In this document: piece by piece, positions 25,985 to 40,800 of the stretch | Layout of the letters: the number at the start of each line of letters is the position of its first letter | Numbering within the stretch: position 1 is the first letter of the stretch | Assembly: GCA_012295275.1 (NCBI GenBank) | Contig: CM022665.1 | Location: 9,610,001 to 9,674,000 of the forward strand | Reading direction: 5' to 3' | DNA length: 64,000 bases | Origin: Chrysomallon squamiferum | Lineage: Eukaryota; Animalia; Mollusca | Notes under the pieces: generated by a model | Database searches by the model: none | Told to the model about the DNA's origin: nothing | Seen by the model: only the letters and a program-made list of their open reading frames with translations | Made by a program: the position numbers and the translations under genes

Positions 25985-26575
25985 AATATAGAACATTCAG
26001 TTAAAATATTGTTTGATTTTGTTTTTAAAAGAATGCTGGTAAATGTTGATATTAATATGGAAAATTAAGTTAAAACACTTTTTTTTTTTTTTTTTTTTCT
26101 CAAGAGAATGCATGCTAGTAAAATGTATGAAAATGTTTATAAAAATATATTAATATGGAACATTCAGTAAAATTTTACTTTTTAAAAAATAAGAAAAAGA
26201 ATATAGGTATAATATATGAATATGATGATGAAAATGCTTTTGAATAAGGAACATTTAGTAAAATTCAGTTTTAATTTTAATTTTTTTTTTTAATGCTGGT
26301 AAAACAAGTATGTGAAAATGCTGATGAAAATGTATTAATACAGAATATTTAGTAAAGTCCATTTTTTATTTAAAAAAAATTTTTTTTTAATAAAATACTT
26401 CAAAATGTATTTAATATGGAAAATTCAGTAAAAACCATGTTTTTTTATTATTATTTTTTTTTTTTTTAAATTAATGAAAATGCTAATGAATATGATTTTA
26501 ATATAGTAAAAATCTATTTTATTTTTATATATTTTTAAATAAATAAAAATGATGATGAAAATGTGTTAAATTTTA
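25985..26575. repeat. Degenerate tandem repeat with core ATTAATATGGAA(C/A)ATTCAGTAAAA separated by poly-T runs
   Basis: Core recurs about 7 times at 60-100 bp spacing. Confidence 0.7.
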
Positions 26576-27768
26576 CTGATTTATTTTGTTTATTTTTAAT
26601 TAAATAATTATTCTTACAAGATATATTTATTGATTGAGCTGTCACTAAGACACAGTACAGCATATATGAACTCCATAACAATTAGCCAGTGTAGAAAAAT
26701 AAATAATGGCAGCCATTATTATGATACATATAATTTTCCTGAAACAAACTTCATTATAAATGAAAAAAACAACAACTTTGGTTTATATAAAGATAAGGTA
26801 TGTTGTATATTCTAGCCATACTCCCATTGATTTCATGTATGAGTAAAGCAAGTCAGCTGCAGTTTTTGTAACTCAAGAATTAATCTACTCAGATTGATAC
26901 ACAAGTATAAATAATATGTAGATAATTTATATATCAGCCCTTGTTTATACCATTCAACAAGGTGTTAATGAAGACCACCTGCAGAAAATGGGCAAAAGAA
27001 AAAGCTTGTTTTAATTTGAAACTATATATTTAAGTGATGAAAATTCAACTGTACACGTTTCTCCATTGTCTTTGTGTACTGTTGTTCATCCATTTTATGT
27101 ATCCATATAGCTTAAACTTTGGGATAACTTTTTTGTACCTGTATGCACCTGTAAGTTTGTATGTGTGTATGTATGGATTGTTTTAAGAATGTGTGTGCTT
27201 TTGTTATTATTATTATTATTATCATCATCATCGTCATCATCATCAACAGAAAAAGATATCAGTGGGCAATAATCTCACATCAGACAAGTCATTTAATGCA
27301 AAAACACAAATGCAGATAAATGCAGACACACACACACACACACAACTATTCACAGATTCAGGTGCCTGTACACTGACATACACACACAGACACACGTGAG
27401 TGTTTACACACACGTTCAGCAAACACATATTTTCATACACAAATCACACAAACATTTTTACTCACCTACACTCACACTTTTCAACCCACCTCTTCATCTG
27501 TTAATTATTTTTAAGAAAACATTTCAGAGTGGCAGAAAAATCAATGACCAGTGACAGATCAGAAGGAATCATGGCCTGGAGAAAAAGAAAAAAAAAATAT
27601 TGTGTTGCCATGTTAATGATTCTGACACCAAGGTTCAAATTTGTCACAGGTTTTAGTAATCAATGATGATTTCATGGTAGATTGCAAATACAAGATATAT
27701 TGTATAGGGTGTTTTTTCTTCATAATTCCTACATATGTGCTCATGTATTGTGTTCAAACATTATTTAG

Positions 27769-27923
27769 ATATTTATACAAAGATTTATTCAACCACATGT
27801 TTATCGTTTAGTTTACCTTTCTCAATATGTATACATGTCAAATATTTCAGTGATGTGTGAAATGAAATCAGGTGCTCAAATGACACCTATTGAAAAATGC
27901 TATGAACTTTCCAACCCAGTAAC
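27769..27923 (+). mobile_element. Dispersed repeat fragment, copy 2, flanked by short direct repeats TATTTAG(AT) (possible target-site duplication)
   Basis: Similar to 5061-5202; tatttagat at 27762-27770 and 27924-27932. Confidence 0.55.
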
Positions 27924-28479
27924 TATTTAGATTCTAATAATCAGTGACAATTTCATGGTAGATTGCAATTACAGGATATTGTATGATTTTAATTTCTTTT
28001 TTTTTTTTTTTTCTTTTTTTTTTTACATAGTTCATACATACATGCCCATGTATTTGTTTAGATTCTAATTCTTATTGCAGTTACAAAAAAAAATGTTGGT
28101 GTTTATATTTCATGAAAAAAAGAGGTGCTTGCCTACCCAACCTTAACACTAACCCTCTCTCATTCTCTCTGTCTCTCTCTGTTTCATCACATATGTTTTT
28201 ATCGATTAAAATACATATATTATATCTATAAGTATTAAAACATACATCAGCTGTAAAGTGTCCACACCTATATCAACATTTCAGCTTGCATTCTACACAC
28301 ATCTGAAATTGCAATTACATGTTTCAAATATGTTCGTTATCATAACATGCCAGTTGGTGGCAGCATATTAAAAAACCATAAAATAACTTCTTTTTTCCTT
28401 AATTACACGTAATTAACCTATCTTTACTTCCTAATTGCCACTTGCACAAGCAGGTAGACAGCAGGTAGTAAAGTAGTGT

Positions 28480-29070
28480 CTATAGGATCACTGCCCTGTA
28501 GTAACAGTAAAATCATATCTACAGGACTTCTATAGTGGAATACTGCCACCAGGACCCACTGCTTAGTCCAGGCAATATTTTAGAATTTATAGTACAGGTA
28601 ATATTTTAAGACTTGTGTAATGAAATAAAATCTATAGGACTTGTAACTCAGTCTAAGTAATGAGGTATTATCTTTAGGACCCCCACAACCAAGTCTTTAT
28701 TTTATTGTAACATACATATAACCATTACTCTGTCTAGGCAGTGAAGTAGTATTTAGCGAACCCATTACTCAAGATGTGATAATAAAGTACTGTCTATGGT
28801 AGCTGTTGCCAAGTCCAGGTAATGAAGTAATATGTACAGGACATGTTACCAAGACCAGGTAATAAATTAATATGCACAGGACCCATTGCTCAGTCCAGGT
28901 AATAAAGTAATAAAAAGAAAATATTGCTCATTTCTGGCAGTGAAGTAATATATAGAGGAGTTATTGCTTAGTCCAGGTAATAAAGTAATATATATATATA
29001 TAAAGAAGCTATTGCTGAGTTCAGGCAATAATATCTGTAGGTACTGTTAGTTAAGTTATTTCTATAGGAG
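28480..29070. repeat. ~40-bp degenerate minisatellite (AGTCCAGGTAATAAAGTAATATGTACAGGACCCATTGCTC)
   Basis: ccaggtaat...aggac blocks recur at about 40-bp period. Confidence 0.8.
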
Positions 29071-30435
29071 TCAGTACACATTTCCCCAATATTTTTCCAG
29101 CATTGTTTATTTAGCTGGGATCCTCTTCAGCCTCTGGATGCCTGTAATCTAAGGTAAAATGAGAAGTGATGTAAACTTACTGCTACAAGCATTCTGAAAA
29201 TGTTTATAGCAGTGAAATAACTGTTCTACAGGTGTGGGGCCAACACCTGGAGGTACTATGTTATAACCAATTGCTGTTACTTGGCAGTGGTTTTAAATTA
29301 ACCATATGTGTATACTTGACAACAAAATACACACACACACACACAAAACTTCTTTGCCTATGATCATCTCTGTGTATATATACATTTGTGTATTTATGTG
29401 TGTGAGTGTGTATGTGTGTGTGTTTGTGTATATATGTATAACTGTGTGTATATATATTTGTATTTATGTATGTGTATATATTTATATATATGTGTGTGTG
29501 TGTGTTTGTGTATATGTATCTATATATATTTATTACTGGTAATGAATTTTACCTGAAAAATACTTCTTTATAACATTTTAATACGCGATGAGAAAAAAAT
29601 ACACTAGGAAGATGTACCGACTTTTAAAGCAATTTGTCTGCGAATATATTACTATGAAAAGCCTAGACTAGACAGAGAATTAAGATAATGAGTTAACTAA
29701 GACATAATGGTCCTGGTCCCAGACAGAGTTGACAAGGTTATACACAACCTGCTGCTGCAGTGTTATGGTTAGTCATCAGTCTTAAGACCAATATGTGCAA
29801 AACTTTACAAGTAAAAAGATAACAGAAATATGTGACTCTTCATGTCAAACAAAGTGTTAAATCACAGTAAAATATCATGTTGTGACAATATTTTTGATTT
29901 TTTAGAGAAAAGCCTACATGAATGCTTTACTAATTACTCCAGCCAAAAAAAAATAAAAACCTTCTCCACGAAAAATTAATTCCCCATAAAGCTAAAGATG
30001 ATTCTGAAAATATTTTGTGAATACTTATTGGAAAAGTCATAATTGCTGATATTTAAGTTGACGTGTTTTTGCAACCAGTCAAGATATGGAAATGGGAGTG
30101 GAATCAAACTGAAAATTAAGACATAAGGAATATGAATATCTGCGTTATCCAGTGCTGCCAAAATGTGACTTAATCCCTGATTTGATATGCACGGTCACAT
30201 AAATTCTTACACTGCCTTTCTTTTGTGAGTCGCTATCCCTTAATACTTGAGCAGAATCTAATGAGAACTAATTGTTATAAACACTCCAACTAAGACAACA
30301 AATCAGAAACAAAAAGGAAAATCAATACATCTAGTTACAAGAATGGTAGTGATTACTTTAGCTTCTCATAAATTAATTATTTAAGACTTTCTTTCAAGAT
30401 GTTTCATGTGAATGAAATAAGAAAACTTCAGTCTC

Positions 30436-30740
30436 TTTCTAGAACTGTTTTGATCTTACAGGCACTATTCTTATTCCAGAATTATTTTGATTTTACAGAC
30501 ACTGGTTTCATTCTAGAATTGTTTTGTTTTTAATTGTCTTGTATTAAAAATAGTCTGGTTGTATAGGCAATGGCCTTATTCTAGAATTGTTTTGGTTTTA
30601 ATGAGCATTGGACTAAAACTAGATTGTGTTTATCTAGTCTGCTCCTAGAATTGTTTTGGTTTAACAAACACTGGCCCAGATCTAGAATTGTTTTAGTTTA
30701 ATGAGAATTGATCTCATTCTAAAACTGTTTTGGTTTAGCA
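30436..30740. repeat. ~37-bp degenerate minisatellite with core TTCTAGAATTGTTTTGGTTTTA
   Basis: Core recurs about 8-9 times. Confidence 0.8.
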
Positions 30741-31417
30741 GATTTTTTAGGGGAATTCAGTAAATGATTTCAAAGCCTGTTACAAAAATTGCTGGTTTCC
30801 AAAATCAGCTGCTGAAAATCTGGTATATTAATTAACCGAGATAGAGAATACTAGAAAAATAACATTTAGTGTATTTTAGGTTTTTGCTTCCTTGCATTTA
30901 TTGTCTTATGGTTTTTACTATTTTTGTTTCTGGTAATAATAATAATAATCATAATAATAATAATAATAATAATACTGGGTTTATACTTGTCTGAAACATG
31001 AGTAAAAAGACTGATTGACATGATTTTTTTACCCTGTACTAACAAGTTTTTTTCCAGTACTGAAAGTTAATTTGTGAAACATACATAATTATATTCAAGG
31101 AATTTAATCTTTTATATATATATCAAGCTACAAAAAAAAAATGGTTCTGATACATCACTATTGTCAGTATATTATTAGATTTAGACAAGTTATTACGGAA
31201 TTTTAAAACTCAGGTTTTTTCTTTTTTCTTCTCTAAATAAAAAATATACAATACAGAATTATATCTTCTTAATTATTTAGAACTGTTTTTTATTTGGAAT
31301 AATAATCTTATAGTACAGACAAAAGTGAAAAGATAAGATAAGGCTTATCTTTTTTCTTTTTTTTTCCCTCCATTTTTTTAGAGACATATTTACAAATATA
31401 TTCAGAACAAAAACTAA

Positions 31418-31422
<5 letters not shown>

Positions 31423-31495
<73 letters not shown>
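31423..31495. repeat. (AG)n microsatellite
   Basis: Direct observation. Confidence 0.97.
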
Positions 31496-31499
<4 letters not shown>

Positions 31500-34427
31500 T
31501 TATTATTATTATTATATATAATACTAGATTTAAAACAAATCTAATTTGTAGACTTCAAAAGGTGATTATATTTTTTAACAATCAGAGAATTTCATAAATC
31601 TTCTTAGTGAAATATAAAAAATATGTTCTAATAATGGTTCCTAAATGCATACAGCCTTAAGTAACTTAGCTGATCTATAAAAAGGATGATGTATTTATTG
31701 ACCAGTTTGTCAGACAGTGTTGCTAATTTGAATGCAATAAAATTCTTCATGTCTACAGCTCAGCTGTTCTGATTGACACAACATCAAAATGATGATAAGT
31801 GTCTGAGACATTTTTAGCAACAGCTTTATTGTTTGTTCTGTACCAAAGTGTCTCTTGCTTTAAGAGATGATGAAGAAATGGAGAGAACCTTTTTTTTTTT
31901 TTTTTTAATGTGTTAATCGCGGCAGACTGTTGTGAATTATGTATGTCTGGACACCTCATCTCTTTGTATTATTATTTTCATTATCATGAAGAACTTATTG
32001 ATCATTCTGCATGATATTTGATATCTGATTTATATTGGATACAGCTATTTCATGCTAAATTAAAGCTCATTTGATGAATAATGGCCCCCTTTTGTCAGCT
32101 GAAATTATGATTGATACCCTTTCCACTAGTAAAACTTGTATACATTTAAAAATAATATGATGTTCAATTTAGGATTTATGGTGGTAGTTTAAAATGGTGA
32201 AGTCACAAACTTTTCCTTTCTTTCTTAAGTTTTAATACTGCCATAGAATTAAACATCTTTAATATTATCAAGGAACTGAAATCTTCAACTTTCGTTGCAC
32301 CCCTTTCACATTCAGCCCATTTCTACAAGTTTAATTATAATGTGTTTTTGTGCTGGTAAAAGCTACATGTAATAAGATTTTTTTGCCAATACTTGAAAAA
32401 TGTAGTTAATTCCTACTGAAAACCAATATTAGACTATCCAGATGATTTGTATTTGACAATTAATCAGCTGTGTTTTAGTATCTTTACAAATAAACAAACT
32501 TTAACTTCAAAAATCATAAATAATGACAGTTAAATTCTAAAACATATATTTATTTTTAAAGCTTGTTATTTATGGTTGTAAAACATTCCTTGAAATTAAA
32601 AAGAAAACCACAAAAAAAACAACAATTAATGGCTCCATAGAAATAATAATCTTTTTCATGCAGAACAGTGGTCCTGTTTTGCTTTTTTTGTTTTGTTTAT
32701 TTAACATATATACATATATTTTAAATTTCAAATTTCACTCATTTTAATGGAAGCACAATCATTTGCAAGGCTTGATTCAAAAGCATGGGTTTTTTGTGTT
32801 TACCTCAGAGCTCAGGAAGATCATGATACTGGTTCAGGGCTGAACAATGGTGAAGCTCTGTGGGTGAATGAAACACATACTCACACAGAACACCTGACCT
32901 GATCACTGCTAATCTTGTAACAAGTGTTATTTTCAGACAGCTCTTGATTGTTTTTTCATTGTTCTTGAAACTTCCACACCACACAGGTGAGAGTGGTAAT
33001 GAAAAACTTTTTTCTTTCTTTCAATATTGTGTTGGCAGTTTTATATTTTAATTAAAAAAAGAAGTGTTTTACAGAGTTGTTAGGATTTCTGGGTAGTTTA
33101 ATAAATCAGTAATAAATAAATAAATAAATAAATAAAGAGTTAAATAATATTAACAGTAATAATAGAAAAATAAATATTAAAATGTTAGAAATTCTTCCAT
33201 ACAGCAAGATGGATTTTGCAAGGCTAATTTATAAATTGAATGAATAGTAAAATGGTAATGAAAACAATTTTAAGAGGTTTTTATTTTAATCTATTTTATT
33301 TATTTATTTTTTTAAACTGATATTGTTAATTGATTATTGTTTTTAGAAACAAAATGAAATTTTTTTTTTTCCTTTTCTTTTTTACCCCACAGATTTAATT
33401 AGTTTTAGTGATTAACATTTATTTAAAAAAAAATATTTTAAGCATGCTTATCAAGGAGAAAACATGATTACATGATTTCATTGGTTTTAATTTATTTTTA
33501 GTGCTGTTCAACTGGATTTTGATCCACTTCATCTCACAGCAGATAATATTTCAGCCCCTTATTTAATTTATAAACCTACCTATGCTATCTGTCAGTCTGT
33601 ATGCATGTGCACCTCTGTCAGGATGTGACAAAATTGTGGTGCTTACTATATTTAATTGACTGATTCTTTTTTTCTCTATAAAGACTGTCTATTTTGCATT
33701 TATATTTCACCATTATACCAAATTAAAAATAATAATAGTTTTATAAAAAATTTTTTTTACAAAAATTTAACGAAAATTAACCATTTGAAATCCTTTAAGA
33801 AAAATATTTAGTATTATATTCCAGATGCACACTACAGTTTATAAGAAACTATATATATCTATATGATAAACTTCATTCCTAAAAGTCCCTTGGATAAAAT
33901 CTGCATGTGAGCACATTTTTTTTATTGCAGTGTGCATGTTTTATTGATATGTTAACAGTCAAGGAAAACTATTTTTGGAATTTATGCTAACACTGACTTA
34001 AAACATAGATACGTAGATATGTGGCAGCTGCAGAATTTATGGATTAGTCACCCACTCAAATAAACTGTAAAATAATGAAATTAAATCTTAGCATTCATCA
34101 GTCATTGTATACCTTCATCATCACTGCTTAGGACATGTGTCATATCCAGCTGTTTCATGATACTTTAAAGATTTGTGTCCGGCTGTCAAACCGTTTGAAT
34201 AACATATACATTTAGTTAATAAATCTTGTTTTTGTTTTTTACCACAAGCTGTTACTTGATAAAAGTTCAGCCTTAAAGCATGCTAGGTCATAAGATCAAA
34301 TCCTGCTTGGTATACCTTTGGATATATTTTATTTTATTTTTGTTATTTTTGTTGCATTAATGTTTAATTTACTATCTTATACTTGCTGTTTGTTGTTTGT
34401 TTTTTGATTCTGTCTTTTATTGTTTTC

Positions 34428-34458
<31 letters not shown>

Positions 34459-36059
34459 GTCTTCTATCTAATACATGTACCTACATAATTTGTTTAAATC
34501 TACTTGTTTCTTGTTGTTTTTCTTATCTTAAACCTCTATCTAAATCTTTTTTCTTCTTCTTTTATTTAACCAACTTGTATTTTTCTAAATTTACCTGATT
34601 TATTTTTTTATTTTTTTATTTAATCCATATAACTACATGAATTTGTCTACTACATTTATTTATTTATTATTATTTTATTTTATTATTATTATTATTATTA
34701 TTATTGTTGTTGTTGTTACTTTTTCTTTCTATACTTTACATGTGCTTAAAATAATTTGTCTAAATCTATCTCTTTTTTTTTTTTTTTTATTGATTTCTCT
34801 ACATGCTCACAACTCACAACACAAGACAGACATGATACTGGTTGTATTGTGCATATTTTTGGCATTTATTCTTTTATTACCTGCCTCACCTTTGATCTAA
34901 TCAGGTAAAAGGGAAACTGGTGTGTGTACAGTTACTTAGTGTGATAACATGCATGTATGATGATATCAGGCTGAAAATCAAAGGTTTCCCCATGGCTGGA
35001 ATGCATTTTCTTTCTGCTAGAAGGTGCAGGAAATTGGTGTTATTATTAAACTGCTGCTCTGATAGTAAGTCAAAGAAAATGTGTTTGTTATTTCTTGTTT
35101 CTTCTCCATTTATCTTTAGATGTCGAAATAGGAGAGAGAGCTAGGTGTGTTAATTGTTTCTCATACCGTACATTCTTCTGTCAAATTCTTGGGAAGTATG
35201 TTATTTAGTGAATTATTTATTTACTTATTTTTTTTTTTTTTTTTTGTCTTGTATTTTTTAACATAATTTTAAAAATTATTATATTTATCCATTTATTCCT
35301 TCATTTATTTATCTTTTTTCATTTAATTTAAAAAAAAAAAAAATTGTATCTGTTTATTTCTTGTTTTTTTAAATTCATTGCATTATTATTACTTATTTGT
35401 TATTTTATTTATTTTCACTTATTTGTTTATATTTATCTATTTCTATATAGACATATTTCTTTTAATGGAATATTTTATGCATTTTTTAGGTGTTTTTTTT
35501 TGTATTAGTTCAATATTTGAATATTTTTTAAATATATTTTTTTATTTATCTTTTTATTTTATTTGAATATTTTTTTAATGTTATTTATGCATCTTTTTTA
35601 AAATATATTTTTTTTTATTAAACCTTTTAGGGTTTTTTTAAATTATAGTTATAGTGGATTATTATTTTCTTTACTTATCCACTTGTTTATTTTTATTTAA
35701 TTTCATTTCTTTTTTTTTTAAATACATTTTTTTTAAATCTAATTTTTTGTTGTTTTTATTTTATTATTTTTAGCTTGTTTCATTTGATTTTGTATTTCAT
35801 TTTTTATTTCATTTTATCTTAGAGCACTGGATCCAGAATTACTTATTTTCCAAGTAACATATTCTTTACAAGTTAACTTAAAAAAACCCAAAAAAAAACA
35901 TGTATAATATTTGTGTAGCATGATTTTTGTTTTTGATGACAATCAGTGAATTCTCTTTAAGTTACAGACATGGAGAAAACCAGTTTCCTATATTGTTTAT
36001 CTAATTCATATCTTGATTTAAAAAAAAAAAGTTAAAAATTTATTTGCTTTTGGCAAGAG

Positions 36060-36480
36060 ATAGCTACTTTCTTGATGCAGTCATGGATAAATGTATTTAT
36101 TATATATGAATGTCAAAACTTCATGGCACAGTCAAAGATGTTTTACTTCTAGTATTATATATGAATATCATGAAGTATTTCTAGGATGTATTGTACCCAA
36201 AAAATACCATTACTTTAGACAAGTCATGAAGTACTTCTAACATACTGTATATGAATGTAATTGATTTAGACCATAATCATTGAAGAAATACTTCTGATCT
36301 CTATTGTACTGTTTTGTGAAGACATATGTACATGAAGTACTTCTGAAGTACATAAATACCTTTGCTTTAAACAACGGTCATAATATGAAGTAGTTCAAAC
36401 ATGTATTGTAAATAAAGACATTGCACTTCTAACATGTACCTAAAAGTCATTGCAATCACTAAAGAAGTACTTCCAGCAGA
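36060..36480. repeat. Decayed tandem repeat with core CATGAAGTACTTCTA
   Basis: Core recurs at about 36170, 36226, 36331, 36385 and 36463. Confidence 0.6.
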
Positions 36481-37579
36481 TAGTCTCCATTCTTGCAGTA
36501 GTTAATTCACTCTTTGCCAAATTGGATTGAATCACCGTGCTATATGGAAGATCTCTTGTAATTCAGCAAATGGGAAAATTGACTACAGTCCTTCACAAAA
36601 GACAGCTTACAGTATTGTGCTGAAATTCATTTGACATTTCCTGGCAATTTCAGAAAAGGGTACAAAGCTTTTCTTTAATTGTGTGACCTGACTCTCCAGT
36701 GTAAGAAGGGAGTAAACAAGAGGCTTGAAAAGGCTTCAAAATGAGAGTTACGGGCTTGAGTTCTTTAAGACTGTTGTACACACTTGGCATTCTAAACCAA
36801 TTACTAAGCAAAGAAAGCAAACAGATGTTGCAAAACAAGATACCAGAAAGTAAATGGAACATAATCATTTATGACAGAACTAAGAAGACTTAACTCGTAA
36901 TCTGAAATATTTTTAGATTGTTATTTCTGGAAAAAATTACATAAATTGGACTGCATCATTTCAACTTTTGTGTTAAAATCATGCCACTGTTAGTGAAGGA
37001 AAATTCATCATTTAAAAACAGTTTAAGATGATATTAAAATGTTTGCTGATTTTTAAAAAAATGTTATTCAAATATAGAATCTGACTGATATCTTAGGGAA
37101 TAATTAAATCATTTGATCTGATTATAAAACCAAACAGCCGAGTTGAAAAATATGAAATCATATCATTTCAGCTGTGTCTACACTTGTTTGGTTAGAGGCT
37201 TGTATGTATTTTCTTCTGGAGGAAATGTGTATATATATATATATATATATAGATAAAAGATACCTTGCTGTGTAGAATAACCTGTCTTCCTTGTATAAAG
37301 ATTTCTATACTTAGTAGCTGCTGACAGAAAATTACTGAGGTGATTTATCTATTCATTCATTTTTGTTTGATAATTCAGATGTAATTTAATTAAATTGTAA
37401 TAAGTAAAAATGTTTCTTAGGTCATTAATTAATTGCATGAATCTACATTCTCTGTACTATACAAAATGTAATCAAGTTAATATATCCTGAGATAACATTT
37501 TCAAATAATTTTAAGTTGCTTTAGCCATTCCATTATCTATAACCAACTAGTTCATCTATTTCCCATTCTAACCATTATA

Positions 37580-37815
37580 CCTTTGTGCAATGACTGATCG
37601 GGATCCACTACGTTTTCTTGTCTTTGAGAAGTGAATATAAAAGATTACTTACTGCAAATCGGTAAGTTTCTTCTATCATATCATAGTTTTAAAAATGGCT
37701 CTTTGACACCTGATAGCCATTCATATAAATGTTTTGAGATATATTAAACAAAAGTTCTAACAAATGTGTTGAGAGAACAATAAACATTCATTCATTTATT
37801 TATTCATTCTTTCAT
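37580..37815 (+). mobile_element. Decayed SINE-like element with an (ATTC)n-type tail; related 3' ends at about 44770-44850, 53640-53780 and 63480-63520
   Basis: Recurrent gacacct(g/a)ata(g/a) motif followed by ...ttaaa and ATTC/ATTT tail repeats. Confidence 0.4.
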
Positions 37816-40800
37816 TGTCAGTCTTGACAAATATTAATTTCCAAGACTAAGACTGTTACATATATATATTATTTATAACATGAGAAAGCCTACACTTGTG
37901 ACATTAACTGTACATTATAGAGACCACACAGGCTTCATTTAATGACAGGTATATTTAAGACAAAAAAACAAAATGGTTTCATCTTTCTGTCTGTTTGGGA
38001 TTCATCTCATAAATAATAAAGATGAAATCTAAAACTGGCTTTAGTTCATAAAAACAGAAAAAATTGGCTTTAGTTTTTAAAACAAAAAAGAAAAAAAAAA
38101 GAAGGAAATTGTTATGGCTGAAAGATGGTATAAAAGTGTTGTTTATCTCTGTAATGCTGGTATAGTGATTTAATACCATTAGCCTTCTTTTTTTAATGGT
38201 GATGAGATTTTTTTGGTGGAGTGAGGGATTAATGCAAATACTAACTCCTACCCAGAACTGATTTGGGTGGTGAACTGCTGATATGTTACTGCATTATAAT
38301 TTAGAAACCAATCATTACCCATAATACTGATAAAAAGATTTTTAATGCCATCTCCTATCTTGAACTAACTGGTTAAAAGAAATGCACCAGGCCAATAAAC
38401 TAACTTGACAAAAGAAATACAGAGGATATTACGCAGTTGGTCAAGAGGAATACACCAGTCCAATACACTAATTGGTTCTGCTCAACACATTAAGAATAAA
38501 GACCTAGAATGACAAAGACTATGCTTAGATATGGTGGAATTACTTTGTTCAGAATTACTGATAATAAACTTGATTATAATTACAGTTTTGCTAATTAGCT
38601 AATTATAAATGCAGTATCTCTGTGGGGAAAAAACGTTCACAAATGTCATGAACTTGTGAGCTGGTGCATTGTTTGCCATCACAATCAACTAGGGGCAAAA
38701 ATGGCTGTAATGCACTGCACGTTGGGATAGCTTACATAACGCAGTGATGTCAGTGAAAAGTAGTAATTACTCAGACATGAACCATAACTTGAGGGAAAAT
38801 GGCGAATGACTGAGAGCATTAATTACCCTGCACACTGAATCAGGAATTATGTAACTATACCGACTGTCAAGCCGACATTGAAAAACATCACGGAATCACA
38901 ATTTTTTGATTTCGAGATTTTTATAGAAAAAAAATCTTACCTAATGATTCCAAGAGAGAAAACATTTTTTATAATGCTAAAGAGGCTTTAAAGAACTTTA
39001 TCAAAACCCAGATTGAAAAAGACAAGCTTAAAATTCTCCATTATTATTAATATCCAGCTAAGTGTGTCTGTGTAACAACATAAGTTATGCAGTTGGTAAT
39101 GGTAACACAGTGAAACTTGAAGTAAAAGGAACATGAATATTAGAATTACTTAATATTTTTAAAATGCTACTTAATCCCTGGTCACATATAGTAGTAAATA
39201 ATTTAAAATCTAGCTTGAAAATAACTTACTGGTGTTGAAAAATTTGTTGTGAGAAATGTTTGTTTTTTCTCTTTTTTAAAGTATTAAATGTAAATTATAA
39301 TAAAGCATTTTCATTTTTTTTTTTTCATTTTTTTTTTTTTTTTGATTGTCAATAATTATAATTATTAATTGAGTACAAAAGTTATTACCTATTTTTAATC
39401 CAATTTTTGAGCATTATATGATGATTTTTTTTTTTTTTGATTTTTTTTTAGGAATTACCGTTACACTATTTACAAATAGGTGACAAATTGGATTTGTTAT
39501 TTGTGACTGATTTGTCCTGCAGGAATAATTAAACTAACAGCATTAGTCCAGTACTACAAGTCATGTCAGTCATAATGACTGGTACACATCTTGCTTCCTA
39601 TTACTAATTATAATCTCTAACAATCAATATACAGTTGTCACCTTTTAATTTAGAAGATGAAGTCAAACAAAATTTAGAAATAATTTTTGATTGCTATTTT
39701 TGTCTTTATCCTTCTGATGTATTTTTTAAAAAAGTCTGGTATGTATATTTTAAAACTTTGTTTCATTTTTTTTTAAATTTCTGGTATGTCTATTTTTAAT
39801 TTTCTCTTTTGTATTTTAAATAATATTATATTTTTTTTGTTACATATTGCAGATTATTAGATGAATCTGCTTTAGACTTAGTACACAAAGGTGAAATTGA
39901 AAAAACTGTTTTCCCTTTGCTGCCAGTAACAGGTGTAGTTTCAGTCTCTGGCATCAACTACTTGCATCAAGTGGGTCATTTTATTTTTGTAGAAATGTTT
40001 TTGTGTATGGGCTGTGTGTGTGTGTGTGGGGGTGTGGGTGTGGGTGTGCATGTGTACATGCATGTGTGTCTGCATGTGTGTCTGAGTGTGTGTGAATGTA
40101 TGTGTATGTGTCACAAATATAAAATTGATTTATTTGATGACATCTTCTTTAACTACCACACTAGATACACTAACTGCTGAATCTACTAAACATCTTCCTA
40201 TATAACTCATGGTGAAGTTTCGCAGTCCTTTGATAAACAGTTAAGGAGCACTGGTTGAAATAGGATAGAACCTAGTGAAAGCACAAGCAATGGCTTGGAT
40301 GTTTATTTCAGTAACCTAATAGAAGTACTGTTGAGGATTGATCCCCTGGCCAGGTCAATTGTAGTGCTTGTCTTACCAACACGTAATGAATACAATCTCT
40401 GTAGAGTTCCATTCAACATCAGCTTCATCCTGATGGGTGTAGAACTGTAGTGTACTTTATAAAGTCTGCTGATCAGGTCTTTTACAAATGTGAAGTGTTG
40501 GTGATAGTGACAAAGCAAATATTCATTTATAATTTGATTTAGTGTAGTTCTGACAACAAAAGCATTGACTTTCCTTTCAGTATGTTAGTGCAAATTGCTA
40601 ACAGAATATTTTTGTAATATTTAAATGAAATTAGCACAATGCTGTTTTATTTTTTTATTTTTAAAGTCAGTGTACTGAAACCAAATTCACTGAATTAATT
40701 TTTCTATAATTTTTTGACTATATTTTAATTACTGCATTTCATGGCTTTGTGTGTGTGTGTGTGTGTGTGGTTGTTGTTGTTGTTGTTTTTATTCTTATTT

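Noticed and set aside
27466-27576. Minus-strand exon-like segment (strong acceptor near 27576, GTGAGT donor near 27465)
   Set aside because: The ATG frame hits TAA, and no chain of compatible minus-strand coding exons was found; an antisense lncRNA cannot be excluded.
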